Positions 39,837 to 48,131 of a stretch of 48,776 nt of DNA are shown here, one piece after another. The DNA is taken from positions 1 through 48,776 of the forward strand of contig JBGANF010000052.1 in NCBI GenBank assembly GCA_044222475.1. The letters are read 5' to 3'. The position numbers and the translations under genes were made by a program. The notes beneath the pieces are model-generated. The model was not told the DNA's origin. It was given only the letters and a program-made list of their open reading frames with translations, and searched no databases. The DNA comes from Polyangiaceae bacterium. Lineage in GTDB: Bacteria > Myxococcota_A > Polyangia > Polyangiales > Polyangiaceae. How positions within the stretch are numbered: position 1 is the first letter of the stretch; every line of letters starts with the position of its first letter.

Positions 39837-41909
39837 TCAGGGCGCCTTCGCGAAGGTCGTCCCGTTCCACGAGTACTTCAGGTGCGCGATGCCTCCCCAG
39901 GGCAAGAGCAGCGGCTCGATCGCTCCGGTCCCAGGCTGATCCTGACCCCACGGATACGTCTTGTCGGTCCAGCCGGTCGCGCGGCCGGGGCTCACGTCGA
40001 CGTCGAAGCCCTTCCCGCCCGCCGCGGGGATGAACTGCACCATGCCTTGGACGCGCTTGCCGGTCTGCTCGCGGCCGGTCTCGATCCCGAAGACGCGCGT
40101 GATGGCCTCGGCCTTCACCTGATAGATGAAGAGTACATCCATGTCGACGTTGCCCTGCCCGGCCGCGGCGACGTGGCGCACGCCGCGCACCGTGATGTCG
40201 GCCGCGCCATCGCCGGTGAGATCGCGCACCGCGAAGTCCTTCACGTCGGCGTCGGCGGCGAACTGACTGAGCGTGATGTACGCGTACGCCGTCCCGTTCT
40301 TGAAGCCTGGGCCGAACACGCAGATGTCGCGACCGAAGGCGACGACGCGCTCGGCGCGGTTGTCGCCGTCGACGTGGACCTCGACGTCGAAGCGCGGGCG
40401 CTCGGTGGCGGCGATGCCGCGGTCGGCCTTGAACTTGTCGAGCATCGACTTGCCGAGATCGGTGTTGGTCTTCACGACCGGCGTCGGCGGCTCGGGGGGC
40501 TTCTGGCTCACGGTGTACGTGTTCGTCGCGGCGCCGGGCTGCGGGGTCTGAGAGACCTCTTTCAGCTTTGCGAACTTGCCGTTGTCGTACTTGTAGAGCT
40601 GCGACTTGATCGCGCCCCACGGCAGGAGCACCGGCTCGACGTCGCTCGCGGTGGCTTCGCGGTACGTCGTCACGTCCCAGCCTTGCGCGGGCTCGTAGGT
40701 GATCTCGATTTCCTTGGAAGATGCACGGATCGCGTTGGTGACCTGTTTGCCGGCGAGGCTCACCGAGATCTCGTGGGCGAACGTCGTCGTCGGCTCGTCG
40801 CCGAGGAAGCTCCACACCTCGAACCACTCGCGGGTGCTCGGCGAGCCGCCCGACGGAGCGAAGCGGCGGCGAATCAGCAGGTCTTCCTTTCCGCGGCCGG
40901 TGACGTCCTTCGTCTCGAGCTTCACGAGGTCCGCGCCGAAGTCGCGGAAGAAGAACTCCTTGCCGCCTCGATAGCCGGGGCCGAGCACCGTGAGGTAGCG
41001 ATCGTAGACGGTGATGCGATCCTTCTGACCGTCGCCGACGACGTCGGCGATGATGTCGACCTTGGGCGCGGTCGCGAGGAGCCCCTTCGGCGAGAGGAAG
41101 CCGTCGATCATCGACTGCTCGGACTCGCTGGGGAGCGTCGCGAGCGCGGACGGCGAAGCCACGTCGCCGTTGCTCGTCGCGACGACCGACTTGATGCCGC
41201 TGCCTTCGCTGTCGTAGTAGCGCATCGCTCCGCGGAGCCCGAGGTGCACGCCGCTCGGCGCGACGACGCTCCACGGGAGCTGCGCTTCGAACGCGTAGCC
41301 CTTGTCGAGCGGGGCTTCGACGATCTTCGCGCCGGGCACGTCGCGACCTTTGCTCGGTCCGCTGAGGAAGCGCACGGCGCCGGCGGACTCGCCGGGCTTT
41401 CCCGCGTAGAACCCGATCTCGACGGCGGTGTAGCTCCCCGTCTGCACGCCGAGCGACGGCGTCGCGACGATCAGGCTCGCGTGATCTTCGTCGTCGCCGA
41501 AGCGCCCGGTGCGGGTGAACTTCTCGTCGGCGATCTCGCCGGCGACGTAGACCTTCGCGTCGTCGTACTGGAGACCGAAGGTGGCCTTCACGGCCGAGCC
41601 CTTCACGACGGTCGTCGCCGCGGTGCGCGCGGGCCACTCCTTCACGATCCCGTCGAGGAGGACTTTCTGGTCCTTCTCGACGAGATCGAGCTTGAGGCTC
41701 GACGAGAGCCCGGAGCCGTTCGAGTTGCTGCCGCCGCCAAGGGTGTCGAGGCCGCCGTTCTGGAGGACGAGGTTGCCGATCGAGCCACCGCCGTCGGCGT
41801 CGTTCGCGCTCGTGCCGTCTTTCGGCTTCGTGCCTGCGTTCCCGCCACCACACGCGACACCTGACGCCAGGACGACCAGACTACCGAGCAGGACCCACAC
41901 GCTTCGCAT
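39837..41909 (-). CDS. Large lipoprotein: CBM9/DOMON-like domain + duplicated domain with FG-GAP-like loops
   Basis: GVA-C; LDGIVKEW..YDDAKVYVA..GYAFEAQLPW; DVVGDG, DVTGRG, DLTGDG; LLPWG twice. Confidence 0.75.
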   Translation of the reverse strand: MRSVWVLLGSLVVLASGVACGGGNAGTKPKDGTSANDADGGGSIGNLVLQNGGLDTLGGGSNSNGSGLSSSLKLDLVEKDQKVLLDGIVKEWPARTAATTVVKGSAVKATFGLQYDDAKVYVAGEIADEKFTRTGRFGDDEDHASLIVATPSLGVQTGSYTAVEIGFYAGKPGESAGAVRFLSGPSKGRDVPGAKIVEAPLDKGYAFEAQLPWSVVAPSGVHLGLRGAMRYYDSEGSGIKSVVATSNGDVASPSALATLPSESEQSMIDGFLSPKGLLATAPKVDIIADVVGDGQKDRITVYDRYLTVLGPGYRGGKEFFFRDFGADLVKLETKDVTGRGKEDLLIRRRFAPSGGSPSTREWFEVWSFLGDEPTTTFAHEISVSLAGKQVTNAIRASSKEIEITYEPAQGWDVTTYREATASDVEPVLLPWGAIKSQLYKYDNGKFAKLKEVSQTPQPGAATNTYTVSQKPPEPPTPVVKTNTDLGKSMLDKFKADRGIAATERPRFDVEVHVDGDNRAERVVAFGRDICVFGPGFKNGTAYAYITLSQFAADADVKDFAVRDLTGDGAADITVRGVRHVAAAGQGNVDMDVLFIYQVKAEAITRVFGIETGREQTGKRVQGMVQFIPAAGGKGFDVDVSPGRATGWTDKTYPWGQDQPGTGAIEPLLLPWGGIAHLKYSWNGTTFAKAP

Positions 41910-41936
41910 CGGTCCCGCAGTCTACCCGGTTCCCCT

Positions 41937-42917
41937 TCAGAACTGAACGTCGTCCGCCGACGGTTGCGCGAACTTCGCCTGGAAGAAGGCCGAAAGCTCG
42001 CTGTAGCGCCGGTGGAGCTCGCCGCCGTTCTTCATCGCGTTCTGCGAGAAGTGCTGCGACCACCACGCGCCGGCGTTGCTCCACCCGAGCGCGTTCATGC
42101 CGTACTGCGCGAGGACGGCGTTCGCGTCGCGGCCTTCGCGCGCCGCCGCGCTCTGCGCCTCTTGGATCTCGATCCACTGCTCGAGGGTGATCGGCGGCTT
42201 GCTGGGATCGGCCGCGGCGCCGCCGAACTGCCCTTGCGCGCTCTGCGTGAACGCGTTGCCGTACGCGGTCGCCACCGTGGCGGTCGTGTCGCGCGACATG
42301 CGCGCCATCCACTCGGCGCTGACGCGGTCCCACGTCGCGCGGTCGATCCCGAGCGCGCCGATCAGCGCGTTGGGATCCTGACCCGACGCGACCTTCGCTT
42401 GAACGCCGGCCCACGCCTGCAGGCTCACGCCCTCGAACGGCGCCAGCTCTCCCGCCAGCTCGCCCTGGGCGCGCTGCTGCATCTGGCCCATCATCACCTT
42501 GGTGTAGACGTTCATCTGCATCTGGGTGATGTCGCCGAGGTCCCACCCGAAGCGCTCGCGCTGGTTGGGCTGCGGCGCGTAGTAGTAGACCGTCTGGCGC
42601 AGCCGATCGACCTGAGGCTGCGACTCGATCGACATCTCGCGACACAGCTCGGCGTAGACGTCCTGCCGCTGCGCGGCGATCGCGTTCTCGAGGCGAACGC
42701 CGCAGATGAAGCGGTTCACCGTCTCTTGCACTTGGTAGAAGTGCTGCTCGTTCCGGATGCCGTGCTTGGCGAAGAGCTGCCGGCGCTGGGCTTCGTCCTC
42801 CCACGACTGCTCGATCTCGCGGTGGGCGGCCCACCAGCTCTCGATGTCGTTGCCGATGTCGAAGCGCGCGGTGTCGTCTTGGGACTCGAGGCGGTAGTCA
42901 CGCTGGAAGTCGCTCAT
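41937..42917 (-). CDS. Helical repeat hypothetical protein (DUF6620-like)
   Basis: Repeated (V/I)(S/T)LxxW..Q..(L/Y)G(I/M)...W units; Gln/Met-rich linker. Confidence 0.65.
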   Translation of the reverse strand: MSDFQRDYRLESQDDTARFDIGNDIESWWAAHREIEQSWEDEAQRRQLFAKHGIRNEQHFYQVQETVNRFICGVRLENAIAAQRQDVYAELCREMSIESQPQVDRLRQTVYYYAPQPNQRERFGWDLGDITQMQMNVYTKVMMGQMQQRAQGELAGELAPFEGVSLQAWAGVQAKVASGQDPNALIGALGIDRATWDRVSAEWMARMSRDTTATVATAYGNAFTQSAQGQFGGAAADPSKPPITLEQWIEIQEAQSAAAREGRDANAVLAQYGMNALGWSNAGAWWSQHFSQNAMKNGGELHRRYSELSAFFQAKFAQPSADDVQF

Positions 42918-43050
42918 GGGTCGGAATCTCCTCTCTAGGGGTGGGTCCGGGTCCATGAGCAAGAGCCATACCGGCCAGAAACACTACGTTTCGCGCCGCT
43001 TTTGGCGATCGGTGCAGGCGACGGTTTGCCGGGAACGGCAAGCGGTTGCC

Positions 43051-43146
43051 GCTTCCGCTTCCGCTTCCGCTTCCGCTTCCGCTTCCGCTTCCGAGTCCGA
43101 GTCCGAGTCCGAGTCCGAGTCCGAGTCCGAGTCCGAGTCCGAGTCC
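43051..43146. repeat. Compound hexanucleotide repeat (GCTTCC)7(GAGTCC)9
   Basis: Read directly; the first block is the reverse complement of the 38070 repeat unit. Confidence 0.97.
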
Positions 43147-43306
43147 GACGGCGCTCGCGACGTACTGTGCCTCGCTCGGCCGTTCGATCGTGCCACGGTG
43201 CTCGGCCGGTTCAAGGCAGATGGGATGTACCGGCGCGAGCCCGTCGCCTCCCCGCAGAAATAGCGACTGACCTCCCGCCGGTGGCCGAAGCTACCGACGC
43301 CCCGAC

Positions 43307-44479
43307 GTGCTCAGCGGCACAGATTTGGGCGCGCGCCACATTGCGTTTTGCGAGGTGGTCGATGGGCAAGTGGTGGGACGAGCGACAGCTCGGCGCTTCG
43401 TCGATTTGGAGCGGCTGCTTGGACCGGAGACGTCGCCCGCGCGTGTCGCGTTCGAGTCATGCCGCGAGGGCTGGCACGTCAACGATTCGTTGAAGCGATG
43501 GGGAAAGGAGCCAGTGATGCTCGACACGACGCGCGTGAAGCAGATCGGTGTCGGCCAGCACGGTCGAAAGAACGATGCGCTCGACGCGGAGGCGATCGCG
43601 ATGGCGCTCGATGCGGGACGTGTGCCGGTGGCGCACGTGTTGTCGCCCGAGCGTCGTGCCCTGCGCGCGAAGCTGAGCGTGCGTGGAGAGCTCGTGGACA
43701 TGCGCGCGCGGCAGATAACGGTGATTCGCGGGCTCGCCCGAGCGGCAGGAGTGCTTCTCCCGACATCGAGCCCCGGCGGCTTCCTCGAGAAGGTCAGACG
43801 CGCGTCGCTCGATGCGGCAACGCGCGCGCTCATCGCGCCGCTCGTCGCGACGCTCCAGATCGCCGAGGAGCAGCTCGCGGTCGTGGAGGACGAGCTCGCG
43901 CACATCGCGAAGCGTGATCCGATCATCGGTCTATGCGCGACCGCCCCCGGCGTAGCGCTCATCGTCGCAGCGGTTTTCGTGTCCGTCATCGACGAGGCGA
44001 AGCGCTTCCGGAACGCCCACGCCGTGGGCGCCTACTTGGGGCTCGTGCCTGGCGAGAACACGACGGGCGGAAAGCGTCGACTGGGAGGCATCACCAAGGC
44101 AGGCAATACGTACGCGCGCAAGATGCTCGTCCAATCGGCGTGGCACATCCTGCGGGTCGGCGACGAGGACGATCCGCTCCATCGATGGGGCATGCACATC
44201 GTCAAGACGCGCGGCAAGAAGATCGCTGCGGTCGCTCTCGCGCGCAAACTCGCCGGCGTGCTCTGGGCGATGTGGCGCGACGGCACCGTGTACGACGCTG
44301 GCTTCCAAGCACGCGAGAGCGCGAAAGGTCTGGAAGCTGCCGCCCAGGACAGCGGGCTACGTGCACGAGCGATGGCGCGTGCCGCGAAGAAGATCCAGTG
44401 CCGTGAGCGCAAGGCGACGACTCGTTCTGCGTCATCGCGCTCACGGCGCGCAAAGACGTCGAAGGAGAACGCCATGTAG
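43307..44479 (+). CDS. IS110-family transposase/recombinase (5' end possibly truncated)
   Basis: DEDD RuvC-like residues GTDLG, FESC, KNDALDA; Tnp domain PGVA, YLGLVPGENTTGG, ITKAGN, VALARKLA. Confidence 0.92.
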   Translation: MLSGTDLGARHIAFCEVVDGQVVGRATARRFVDLERLLGPETSPARVAFESCREGWHVNDSLKRWGKEPVMLDTTRVKQIGVGQHGRKNDALDAEAIAMALDAGRVPVAHVLSPERRALRAKLSVRGELVDMRARQITVIRGLARAAGVLLPTSSPGGFLEKVRRASLDAATRALIAPLVATLQIAEEQLAVVEDELAHIAKRDPIIGLCATAPGVALIVAAVFVSVIDEAKRFRNAHAVGAYLGLVPGENTTGGKRRLGGITKAGNTYARKMLVQSAWHILRVGDEDDPLHRWGMHIVKTRGKKIAAVALARKLAGVLWAMWRDGTVYDAGFQARESAKGLEAAAQDSGLRARAMARAAKKIQCRERKATTRSASSRSRRAKTSKENAM

Positions 44480-44488
44480 CCCCGCAAG

Positions 44489-44825
44489 GTCGCTTGGCAA
44501 ATCCTTCGCGATGCGCCTTGGAGCGCGATGAATGGAGCACCCCATCTGGAAGCGATGACCGTGTGCCGCTTGGAGGCACGAGTCGACGACGCACTCGTGC
44601 GCCGCCGCTCGGACGACCGAAACGGCAAATTGCGGCTCGCTCCGCTTCTCGAACCCCACACTGCGTCGCGGACCTAGCGCGTCCACTGGGCCGTCCGATG
44701 AACGCGAAGAGTCAATCGAGAGGTAGCTCGCAGCGTCGCCCTCGCAACGCGCACATCCTCACGAACAACCGCGATCGCGAACGGCGCGATCGCACAGGAG
44801 AACTCCATGCCCGAGTCCAAGCGAC
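44489..44825 (+). ncRNA. Candidate bridge/seek RNA
   Basis: 9-bp closing stem 44489-44497/44817-44825; hairpins 44576-44600 and 44771-44793; internal-loop stem 44645-44723. Confidence 0.55.
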
Positions 44826-45014
44826 ATTCGACCGGAACGGCGAAGAAGATCACGAAGAAGAAAACGGCATCAATCTCGTTGACCGAATCGCCGGTACAGA
44901 GTCAAGCGGCCTTCGGCCGTGGCGCGGAGGAACCGCGCCAGCCTTGAGCCGGCCTCCGCTCCGTGGCGCGGCGAACGTGCCTTCGCTCATCGGCGCGGGG
45001 GCAAGGAGAACTCC

Positions 45015-45188
45015 ATGCTCAAGATACAATCGTTTGCTCTCGAAACCGTGAAGTCCGCCTTCGGTTCGACGCGGGAAACGCGTGCCGCCCTCGAGCTCGC
45101 GGCAGCGTGGGGCTACGTCGAACGAGACGAGCAACTGCTCGATGCGCTGGATCGCATCGCGGCAACCCTCTTCCGCTTGGCGGAGTAA
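45015..45188 (+). pseudogene. Four-helix-bundle protein with in-frame internal deletion
   Basis: AAGGAG RBS; MLKIQSFALETVK joined directly to SAFGSTRETRAALELAAAWGYV..LDRIAATL; the usual central QLRRA/SVxLNIAEG block is absent. Confidence 0.6.
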
Positions 45189-45198
45189 CCGCCGCGCA

Positions 45199-45220
45199 GG
45201 GGCCCGAGCAATCGGGCCCC
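45199..45220. terminator. GC hairpin with GCAA tetraloop (terminator- or REP-like)
   Basis: GGGGCCCGA-GCAA-TCGGGCCCC, 10 nt after the stop; no U-tract. Confidence 0.4.
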
Positions 45221-45285
45221 AGCGGCTCCTCGCGACCTGACGTTCGCTCATGACGCCCGGCGGCGGCTGCGCGATGATGCGGGAG

Positions 45286-46044
45286 ATGGCCCAGGTGTTC
45301 TTCGCGTCGGACTCGGATCCCGTGATGCAACGGGCGAAGGAAGGCGCACGGGCGTCTTTTCGCTACTTCTGGCGCGAGCTTGCTTGGGAGCGTCGTCGCA
45401 TCGTCCCCGCTCTCGACATCGCGGCCGTCAAGGTCGCGTTCTACGATCCACCTCCGTCGTCGGAGTCGCGCGCCGAGGAGATGTGGATCGGGGACGTCGA
45501 CTTCGACGGACGCTTCGTGCGCGGCACCCTGCTCAACGCTCCGAACTGGCTGAAGTCGATCCGCGAGGGTGACGAAGCGAGTGTACCGCTCCATGGTATC
45601 TCCGACTGGATGTTCGCGATCGACGGGCGCATCCGCGGCGGTTTCACCGTCAACGCCATCCGCGCTCGGATGAGCGCGACCGACCGGGCCGCCCACGACG
45701 ACGCGTGGGGATTCGACTTCGGGGATCCGAGCTCCGTCTTCGTTCCCGAAGAGCTCGGTGCCGACGGACGGCCGCTCGAGCATCCCATGGCGCTCAACAT
45801 GAAGGCGTCACTGGCAGAGTACGTCCGCAAGGACCCAGCCGGCGCGACCGCGAAGGATGCGCGCGGCTGGTCGATGCTCCATCATCTCGCGCTCGCCGGC
45901 ACCAAGACGGGCGTCTCGGTGCTGCTCGACCACGGCGTCGATCCGAACGCGCGAGCGAACGACGGGACGACCGCCCTCGATCTGGCGCGCACGCTGGGGT
46001 GGGACGACGTCGTCGAGACTCTCGTTGCTCGAGGCGCGACGTAG
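45286..46044 (+). CDS. DUF2314 (YegJ-like) domain + ankyrin repeats
   Basis: DPVMQRA..ARASFRYF, VKVAF, EEMW, ISDWM, GGFT; GWSMLH, GVDPN, GTTALDLA. Confidence 0.82.
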   Translation: MAQVFFASDSDPVMQRAKEGARASFRYFWRELAWERRRIVPALDIAAVKVAFYDPPPSSESRAEEMWIGDVDFDGRFVRGTLLNAPNWLKSIREGDEASVPLHGISDWMFAIDGRIRGGFTVNAIRARMSATDRAAHDDAWGFDFGDPSSVFVPEELGADGRPLEHPMALNMKASLAEYVRKDPAGATAKDARGWSMLHHLALAGTKTGVSVLLDHGVDPNARANDGTTALDLARTLGWDDVVETLVARGAT

Positions 46045-46130
46045 GTGGCTTCGCGCTTTGGGCGCCGCGCGGCCGTGAAGGCCTCTCTGGCGCGCGCTCG
46101 ACTTCGTTCGGCGCATGATGTGGATCGACG

Positions 46131-46559
46131 ATGAACTGGGAAGAGCGCATCGTGCAATTGGCGCGGATCAAGCACGTACAATGCGCGCGAGATCGACGCA
46201 CTGACGGAACCAGCGTGAAGGTGAAATCCATGAACGGTCGCGGAGTCGTGGAGGTGCTCGCTGTCGCGAATGGGGTGGGATGTCGCGAGTGTCTCGACGC
46301 GATCGAGTCGGGAAGAGCACGGCATACGTCCACCGAGACCACGACGATGGGGGATCTGCGGTCGCTGTACGAGGTTCGTCGTCGCGCTGCCGAACGAGCG
46401 GGGAAGCGAATCGTCGGTTTGCGCGAGCTCTGCGAAAAGCTCCAGTCGTTGGACCCCAGAGGCCTCGCCGAGGCTCACTATTACGTCGGTACGAATGAAA
46501 GCTGCCTCGTCGTCGTCTCGTCCGAGGGAGAACTGGTCGGCTGCAACTACATTGCATAG
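46131..46559 (+). CDS. Hypothetical protein with atypical codon usage
   Basis: Open frame with more A/T-ending codons than neighbours; no recognised motif. Confidence 0.4.
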   Translation: MNWEERIVQLARIKHVQCARDRRTDGTSVKVKSMNGRGVVEVLAVANGVGCRECLDAIESGRARHTSTETTTMGDLRSLYEVRRRAAERAGKRIVGLRELCEKLQSLDPRGLAEAHYYVGTNESCLVVVSSEGELVGCNYIA

Positions 46560-46602
46560 TCGATTGTTGTGACCCGCCGGTCCGGACGGCCGCCGGCTGG
46601 CA

Positions 46603-46889
46603 GGGCTTGAGATCCTCTTCGTTCTGCCTACGCTCTTCGAGATGCGCGGCTCCGTGCGTCGACGTGCGGAGTAGTTCATCGACGGGATCGCGAAGAGTGC
46701 GCCTCGGGCCCCATTCCTTCGTGGTTCGTGCCGTTCCTCGGTATCGGAAACGGCGACTTCGTCGGCTTCGACGCACGCGCGGATACCGATGGCCAGGTCG
46801 TCTACTGGTATCACGAGCGGTCGGAGGTCGGCCCGTTGTACCGGACGTTCAACGGCTGGCTGGACCACCTCCACGAATTCGCGTCGTAG
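46603..46889 (+). pseudogene. SMI1/KNR4 (SUKH)-like immunity protein C-terminal fragment
   Basis: IPSWFVPFLGIGNGDFVGFD..VVYWYHE..TFNGWL-stop; in-frame TGA at 46608 and no plausible start upstream of the motif. Confidence 0.6.
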
Positions 46890-46975
46890 TCGAGGCGCGG
46901 CTACGGCGCATCCCTACGGGCAACCCGCCGGTGAGACTCGCCGTGAGCGATCGCACCCAGTGCTATCCTCAATGG

Positions 46976-48079
46976 GTGACCTTTCGCTTTGGTTCTGCAC
47001 TAGCGCTCGTTGCCGTCGCCTCGGCGTGCGGAACTGAGACGAACCCTCTCGAGGGAGACGCGGGCGCCCGCGACGGCTCCTCACCACCTCCCAGCGACGC
47101 GTCACAAGTCATCCACGACGACTACTGGGATGCGTCGCCACCGCCACCCACGTGCGTTCCGTTGACCAAGCCGTCGGTAGTGCTTGCCGACAAACTCGAT
47201 GGACCGAATGGGCTGACGCTCGATGCGTCGAACGTCTACTTCGCGGAGGCGCGGATTTACACTGCGAAGCTCGAATCGATCCCAAAGTCCGGAGGCCCGC
47301 TCGGCAATCTCGGATGGGGGGGTGGAGCCTACGGCATGGCGAACGACGCCACGTCGGTCTACTGGGTCTCATACGGCGCACTCCCGGCTGCGCCGCCAGG
47401 AAGCGAGGGCGGAATCAGCCGCGTGGCGAAGGCCAACGGCGCCACGACCATTCTGGCGTACGGGACCTACGACTCGATCTCCGACGGGCGGTGGACACGA
47501 CTCGCGATGACGAGCTCGTCGCTCTTTTGGATCGACACGGGGAAGCTGTCGAACCAGTACGTCACCGGTCGCGTGCTCGAGGTCCCGAAGGGCGGAGGAA
47601 AGACCGTCGTGCTCGCGGCCGATCAGGACTTTGCCACCGATATCGTTGCCAACTCGAGCTTCGTTTGGTGGATGGCGGGCGATGGCATTCATCAAGTCTC
47701 CACCTCCGGTGGCCTCACCAGCGTCTTCATCCCGTATCCCGGCTACCCAAAGACGTATCCGCGCGTGGGAATCGAGGATGGCGCCTTGGCCCTCGACGAC
47801 GAGTTTCTCTATTTCACCTTCGGGGACGGGATTCAGCGCGCGCCCATCGCCACGGCGAAGCCGCAGCCGCTGTACACCGGCGACGTCGTCTCGATGACGA
47901 CCGATGCGGCGTGCATCTATTTCGCCACCAAGTCGGCGATCTTCCAGATGGCAAAGTCCGGAGGACCGGCGACACCGATCGCGACCGTCGCGGGTCAGGT
48001 TTGGTCGATGGCGGCGGACGACTCCGGTCTCTACTATCTCGACTATGACAAGGGCGAGCTTCGTCGCGTCGCCCGATGA
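46976..48079 (+). CDS. Lipoprotein, beta-propeller (DUF5050-like blades)
   Basis: VASA-C; repeated DASNVYF / DATSVYW / DDEFLYF blades with PKxGG turns. Confidence 0.8.
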   Translation: MTFRFGSALALVAVASACGTETNPLEGDAGARDGSSPPPSDASQVIHDDYWDASPPPPTCVPLTKPSVVLADKLDGPNGLTLDASNVYFAEARIYTAKLESIPKSGGPLGNLGWGGGAYGMANDATSVYWVSYGALPAAPPGSEGGISRVAKANGATTILAYGTYDSISDGRWTRLAMTSSSLFWIDTGKLSNQYVTGRVLEVPKGGGKTVVLAADQDFATDIVANSSFVWWMAGDGIHQVSTSGGLTSVFIPYPGYPKTYPRVGIEDGALALDDEFLYFTFGDGIQRAPIATAKPQPLYTGDVVSMTTDAACIYFATKSAIFQMAKSGGPATPIATVAGQVWSMAADDSGLYYLDYDKGELRRVAR

Positions 48080-48131
48080 AACGCGGACCCGCATCCGTCT
48101 CACTTCGGGCAGGCGAGAAGCTCGGCGCTTC

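Larger units (their letters stand above)
43307..44901 (+). mobile_element. IS110-family element with IS1111-like layout (long 3' non-coding end); left end not recognised
   Basis: Transposase plus about 420 nt of structured 3' region ending in outward-facing TTGACC (44879-44884); right boundary estimated. Confidence 0.7.

Noticed and set aside
39198..41864. 888-aa and 796-aa ORFs
   Set aside because: Shadows of the Uma2 and lipoprotein genes with no motifs.
43004..43012. GGCGATCGG as the IS left subterminal inverted repeat (versus CCGAATCGCC at 44883)
   Set aside because: Short, gapped and separated from the transposase by the hexamer array; too weak.
45015..45188. Avd-like protein suggesting a diversity-generating retroelement
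   Set aside because: No reverse transcriptase or template/variable repeat pair is visible in the window.
45190..46975. Integron cassette array
   Set aside because: No integrase, and I could not find repeated attC-like RYYYAAC...GTTRRRY sites.
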